NCBI GenBank assembly: GCA_964019335.1
Contig: OZ025707.1
Coordinates: forward strand, 372,001-436,000
DNA from: Diplonema japonicum
Lineage: Eukaryota; Protista; Euglenozoa: Diplonemea
Direction of reading: 5' to 3'
DNA: 64,000 nt
Below the pieces are notes generated by a model. The model saw only the letters and a list, made by a program, of their open reading frames with translations, was not told the origin of the DNA and did no database searches. Numbering within the stretch: position 1 is the first letter of the stretch; each line of letters begins with the position of its first letter. Positions 58,201 through 64,000 of this stretch are shown here, piece after piece. The translations under genes and the position numbers were made by a program.

Positions 58201-61200
58201 CGAAGCAGGTGATCCCGGCATGTTGTGTGGCGTACGGGAAGCTGATGGAAGGCGGCAGCGGTGCGACGGCAGCGGAAAGGCGGTCACCAGCTGAGCTTAA
58301 ATGGTGGTTCGGTTTACGTGACTTGTTCCACTTGATGCGTTACTTGAGAAGGCAGCAGAGTGACCCTTCTGAGGTGAAGATCACAGCGGAGTCACTCATG
58401 CGAGGCCTGGAGAGGAACTTCAACGGGTTGCCGGAGCTGTTCGCAACGGTGGTGGACACGTTTGGAGATGCGCTGAGCGAGTGCGGGTTGAAGGAATACA
58501 GCGCAATAGGTTTGAGGAAGTTGGCAAGACGGAAACTCGAAGTAGTGAGCGACTCGCTGACGGACAACAACAGGGCATCGGAAGGCTCGGCGAGGAACTT
58601 GAACGACATGTGGGTGCGCTTCAAGCTCCTTGTCGACACGACAGCGGATGGGTCGCTGCTGGAGCTGCTGCATGGCACGCAGGTGCACGACTTCGATGGT
58701 GTGCAAGTCCTGTCGTTGTCATCGCTGTCTGCCGACGAGCTGATGCCTGTCACTGTCGTGAGCCAGATCGCTGCTGCCATGGAAACAGGCAAGACCGTGT
58801 GGCTGACCAACACTCGTGCCATCGACGGCTGCTTGTTTGACGTCTTCAACCAAAACTACCAATGCTGCACAAACGGCAGGAACCAAGTCCTGCACTTCGT
58901 CGCCCTGGCCATCGGTGCCACACTGGAGTACAAAAGGGTCCACAAAAACTTCCAAGCCATTGTTCACGTCACGCGCGCGGAGCTGTCACCCGACGTGCTA
59001 CCTGCGCCCTTCCTCAACAGGCTCGAGAAGTTCACTGTCGGAGTGGAGGACATTTTGGAGCATGCCATCCACCAGCTGCCCGACAAAGAGCGAAGGCTTG
59101 CTGCATGGGCCCGTGAGAAGTGCGGCAGGTTTGCCCGCTGCCTCTCCGTGACAGACAGGTGCCTATTCAGTGCCAAGCCGTCCGATACACTAGACAGTGT
59201 GGTCCTCGAAGCCATTGCGAAGGGCCGCATCGAGGAGCTGCCGTACGACACGAGGATCAGTGTGGACGAATCACTCTCAAGCTTCTTGTGGGGAACGAGC
59301 CACACTGGCAACGCGGCCTCGCTGTGGAGGAACAGAGCGCTTCACATGCTCCATCTCATGCGGCCTGAGGGCATGATGTTGGCCCAAAGGGTGCTGCAGA
59401 AGGCCCCTGCTTACGTGAGGTCGTTCTTCGTGTCACTGTCGCCGTGGAGCTTCAGGTCCTTCACAAAACACCTGAGTACCGTGTCGAAGGATAACACAGT
59501 GAACTGGAAGAGGACTGTAGTGTACTCTCCGGATAACGTCGACTTTGGAGCAGTGCTTCAGAGCGAGAAGTATGTGAAGCTAGTGAGTCTCGACGCAATG
59601 GCTAAGTCGGAGCGTGGTGCTGAGGACCTGCAAGAGGAGGTTTACAGATTCGTGGAAGACAAGAACCTTTCTGTGTTTGTCCTGATCATAAGCCCAGCAT
59701 TCCTTGGGCAGCCTATTGTGCGTGAGGTGCGCCACTTGCTAGAGTCCCCTCCAGAGAACACCGAGCTGGGCGGTGTCAAATCGGTTGTTCTCCTTCAGAC
59801 TTTCCGTCCTTCGGAGTTCGCAACAAGTTGCACACCCCTCTTCTCGACTGGTTGGGACCAGGAGTACATTGACGCTGCTGCCGACATCACAGGCTCCGAC
59901 CTGCTGAGGTACGTAGACTCCAACATCACCGGCATGAAACTGCCTACTGCAATGCCGACCTGGGCGGTCACAGAACAAGCTCTCTCTGAAGCTCTGGCAG
60001 AAGTTGATGCCGCGCAAGCCACCAGGCACGCAATGCCGCAGCTGAAAGACGATCTTGCAAACGATTTGTATGACCTCAGGCTTCCGTTTGTTCGCCGCCT
60101 TGACCTCACGAAGGAGCTCTTCAAGAGGTGCCCGGTGGTGCGCAGTACAATCGTTGAGCTCCATTGCAGGTACCTCCCAACCCCTGCACAGCTTGTTGGA
60201 ATGGCCCAAGAAGTGGTGGCAAGAGGGGGCGACCCTTCGCACAGTTTGGCAGCGATGCTCAAGGTCGAAGAGAACAAGATCCCTTGTCACTTGCTGGCCG
60301 TTGCCTTGAGACTGCTGCTCGACGACAGGAACGCAACTGCTTTGATGGCCGCCTCGCAGGAAACAGGTATTGTTCCTAAGGAGATCGACAAGCTCATGGC
60401 CAGGGCTTTGTCCCTTGCCATAGAGGGCATGACCTTCGATCAAGTACTCATGTTGAAGCCTTCTGAGCTGCCTCTTGTTATTGGACCTTCTGCACCAAGA
60501 CTGCCTGGTTCACTCGCGCTCGCGGAGCAGCTTTCGGTGGGTGCCACCGCCAACAACGTCGTCACGGAGGCGGAGAGGCTGCGCAACCTCCATGAAGACG
60601 GCCCTGTGGGCGAGCTTGTGAGGATCATCCACAGGAACGCGACGCTCGTTACAAACTTCTTCATTGACTGTCTCAGGAGCAGGATCCGCCATCCTGATGC
60701 AGAAGTGGAGGCTTCCGCCTTGGGATGGATTCTGCAATTGACACGTGCGAGGCACAGGCAGTGCTTGGGCAGCGCCCCAGAAACTGTGTGGAGCATCCGT
60801 GCCCTGTGCGCGGTAGAGGCGTCGATCATCGACAGCTATGTCTTGACTGTGCTGCCGCTGGCGCAGACCGATGCGCTGAAACATGTTGCCATGCTAGATG
60901 CTACCACAGCTGGGGCTGTAGTGGCACCTCATGCCCCGCCTCAGGTTTCACCGGAGGCCCTGTGCCCCCCACTTCTGATAGAGGCGCTGCGTGGCATGGC
61001 GAAGACTGGGCTCGGGCTGAACAGATGGACGACGGTGGTGGCGAGCATCCACCATAGGACGTCAAGCCAAAACAACTACCCTGAGATGCCATCATTGGTG
61101 ATCACAGCCAAGGCTTTGGTGGCCCACCCGGTCGGCGAAGTGCCTGCATCGGGTACCATCACAGCGTGGATGGCGTTCATCAACGCGAGCATTCAACAAA

Positions 61201-64000
61201 AGAGCAGGATAGCTCTGGAAGAGCTATGCAAAGCATTGGAAGCCACTCCGAAGGAGCTGGACGCAGTGTGGAGGGTTGCGCAGACGCTGTCGAACTACTA
61301 CAGCACAAGCAAGGATGCACACATTGCGGAGTGCATCGTGCGCCTGATGTATGTTGGCGACGTGAACAGGGCCATGTGTTGCAGGATCATGCACTCCCTG
61401 GTCCCGCAGGACTCTAATGGGGAACTCGCCGAGCTTTTCTTCAGATCAGCACGGAAGTACGACGCCGCAAACGACCAACCGGACGACGTCGTGGCGCGAG
61501 TTGTGAAAGAGGGTCTTGTTTACACACCTTCGGGGGACGCACAGAACGTTAACCTCACCATCTTCAAGTCGAAGGTGTACACCTCCATCTACGATGCAAT
61601 TGTCGATCACAGCAGTTCCACGCTGTTGAGAGAGCTTGCCGACAAGTGCGAGGCAAGATACGCAAGGGCACATTCCACGATCGCAGCACAGCTCTTCGAC
61701 TGCGTAGCGCGTGTCGCTGAGGAACGGATATTCTTGAAGTTGTTGGCCAGCTGTTTCGGCCCTGGGAACAGCGTTGGGAGCCAACTAGCAACCGGTTCTA
61801 TTGCAACTGTCGCCACGAGGCTCATGAAGCAGCCAGGGTGGAAGGCCCCTGAGAAGGGCGAAGATGCTGTGGGGCTCGACACGCGCTACAGTGACAACGT
61901 GTACGCGTTTTTGACGGAGCTGCGCAGGATCAAGGGCACGAAGGGGATGCTGGAGTTCCTGAAGGAACAGACCACGGGCGCCAACCTGGGATCCTCGTTG
62001 GTGTCCATCTGCGGCGAAGTGATGAAGTATTGCTGCGCCAACTCCGAGCCCCTTGCCACGCGCCCCTGCGACCTGCCCTTCGTGTTTACCGTGGACGACC
62101 CGCTGAACGAGCCGTTCATGAACATTCACAGGGCGCTGCTGATGTCCAATGAGCAGCACAATGTGCAAAAGGTCATCGACGAAGTGGGGAAACTGAAAGG
62201 AAAGATCAGCCCTGTCGAGATGCGGCTGCTCGTGTTCTTCACCGCTGGCCGGGAGTTCATGGGGAAGAGAGAGTCGCACAGCAAGGCTGCTGAACTTGCA
62301 AATTCAGAGCACATGGTTACTCTTCTGCAGCTGACTCCCAAGCAACAGCACTTGTTGCTGGTGTTGCTCGACCCGTGCAGCGTGACGAAGAACCTCACAG
62401 CGCCGTGTGGGATCTCCGACGAAGGCGGGTCGCTCAGGATGGGGAACAAAGACGGCTGGACAGAGATGATGGTCACTGTTATGGCAACAGCGGCAGCGCT
62501 GCCTGACTGCATGCTGCACACGCTTGGGTTGGACATCGAGACCATCAAGGATACTTACATATGCGGTGACAAAACCAGGTCACCAGCTTCGCCAGGTGGT
62601 GGTTACAAATTCGACTGTGTCACCCAGCTTGATGAAGAGGGCCAGCTGACGTCCTATGCACGTGGGCAGGAGATCATGAGCGTTGGTGCCTGCTACCTGT
62701 TGTGGATGGTCGAGTTCGGTGCGCTGGCGTGGCAGGCCGTCCTGTGGCCCGACACACATCAGCTCATGTGGGACAACATGTTCTCGGGAGACTTGAAGCA
62801 CAAGGTGCACGGTTACGAGAAAGACCTTTCCAGCCACCAGTTGCTCGTGGCCAACATGGCGCAGCGTTCCCAGACGTACTTCGTTCACTTGGGCATGCAC
62901 GTTGGGCTGACCATCGACGAGGGAAGCAGGCTGGTGGCCAACTTCTGCTACCAACTTGTCTTGGACTGGAGGGCCGCAGTTGCCATGGGTGTCGAGCCCA
63001 ACAGTCAAACCGCTGAGGGTGATGCTGCCCCCCACGAAGTAGTCGCCGAGAATCCCTTGCTGAGGAAAACGTACCCCAGCAGAGAAGATGCTGTGAAGGG
63101 TGAGCAGCATGTGGAAGCATGGTGGAAAGTGCTCACTTCTGGGAACAAACCGAAGCTTGCGCCTCCGAGTACTGAGCTGTGCAAGACACTGATTGAAGTG
63201 AGAGAGTGGGGCCTCACCAGAGAGCCAGCGGACCTGCCGAGCCACCACGAGGTGTTCTCCATGTTCCGCAGGCTGTCGCAGTCAACAGCACCCCTCTTGC
63301 TCATGGCGCTGAACGAGAACAAGCGACTGCAGATCCTCCCGAACCTGGTCAAGAACATAGTGTCCCTGATATCAAGGCTGCATATCGGGCTTTCTGGGAA
63401 GCTGCCGTTGAGCGAGGCGAACAGCCCTGTGAAGGAGTTGCTCAAGGAGTGCTACCCCCCTAACCAATGGGGGGTCGCACAGTCCCAGTGGGACGACCTG
63501 AGGATTCTGTGGAACAAGTACCTGAAGGACGTGGGGCCGATTGGATACCAGTGCGGTGAGAGGGGAGAGATCACGTTTGAGATCGAAGAGAACGCACCGC
63601 TTTCCTTGTTCCTGACATTGTCTGAGGTGGACAGCCCTATCCCACTCCACCAGAACATCATCGCAAACGCCCTGAACTCACTTACACGCATCTACAACGA
63701 CTGCCAAGAGGTGGCTGCAACGCACAGCAACATCGCCATTGCTGAAGTTGACCCCCTCCTCCTCAGCCCCACCAGGCCGGACATGACATTGCGAGCCCTT
63801 GGGGGACTTTCTCAGGTATGTGCCAAACATAAAAATGAACAAAAGAAAAATTTTTTTTTTGCGTATAGATCTGCCGAAGCTACTTCAAATGTCGTGAGGA
63901 TGGCGACATCTTGGTCGACTGGCCTGCCGTCGAGAAGGAGTTGTCGTTCGACAGCGGGATGCTGCTCCCCCGTCTGAGGGTGACGATTCCTCCTGTCTTC
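46242..64000 (+). CDS. Giant RNF213/mysterin-like AAA+ ATPase with three SPRY-like domains and a Mind-bomb-type SH3 repeat; intron 63816-63868; continues beyond the window
   Basis: GPSGTGKS, FIDEMN, GAPGTSKTLS, YQGSSQST, FVDEAGL...LKVLHYYLE, LDPAISNR, FGLRD, RNFNG, METGKTV, FNQNY and PFLNRLEK occur in the same order as in the RNF213 AAA core. Confidence 0.88.

Noticed and set aside
63869-63977. Stop at 63977 as the end of the giant protein
   Set aside because: A GT-AG intron at 63816-63868 shifts into a frame (ICRSYFKC...DWPAVEKEL) that stays open to the window end.
1-64000. A dedicated immunity island (NLR-like, GIY-YIG, ART, RNF213-like genes together)
   Set aside because: These genes are interspersed with unrelated housekeeping genes, and euglenozoan polycistronic clusters are generally not functionally grouped.

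Overview
Eukaryotic nuclear DNA from a euglenozoan, most likely a diplonemid; the species cannot be fixed from the window. The evidence is a diplonemid-type spliced-leader (SL) exon at 4434-4471, a BILBO1-type domain, all host genes on the + strand as in a polycistronic cluster, tiny GT-AG introns (34-70 nt) and homopolymer-rich spacers. Host genes in order: degenerate NACHT-pentapeptide protein (5' end outside the window), GIY-YIG-like gene with a frameshift, hypothetical protein, HhH-like putative mitochondrial protein, actin-related protein, UVR/WW protein, mucin-like membrane protein with Tudor domains, BILBO1_N-SDR fusion, ADP-ribosyltransferase, DnaJ, Zn-dependent threonine dehydrogenase-like enzyme, WW/IQ-SRPK-like kinase, ~2160-aa His-rich repeat protein, Rho GTPase, and a >5900-aa RNF213-like AAA+ protein running off the window. 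The most striking object is a ~7.2-kb non-LTR retroelement (4434-11610). It starts with a near-complete SL followed by a relic SL cut exactly at the SL's internal AG, its own 5' sequence can base-pair with the SL 3' end, and it carries two captured host-gene fragments: an inverted C-type lectin piece in ORF1 and an ankyrin-gene 3' end replacing the RT core. Other mobile DNA includes an internally deleted piggyBac, a MITE-like element next to a long palindrome, and three families of very short dispersed repeats. All homologies were recognised by eye from motifs; no searches were run.
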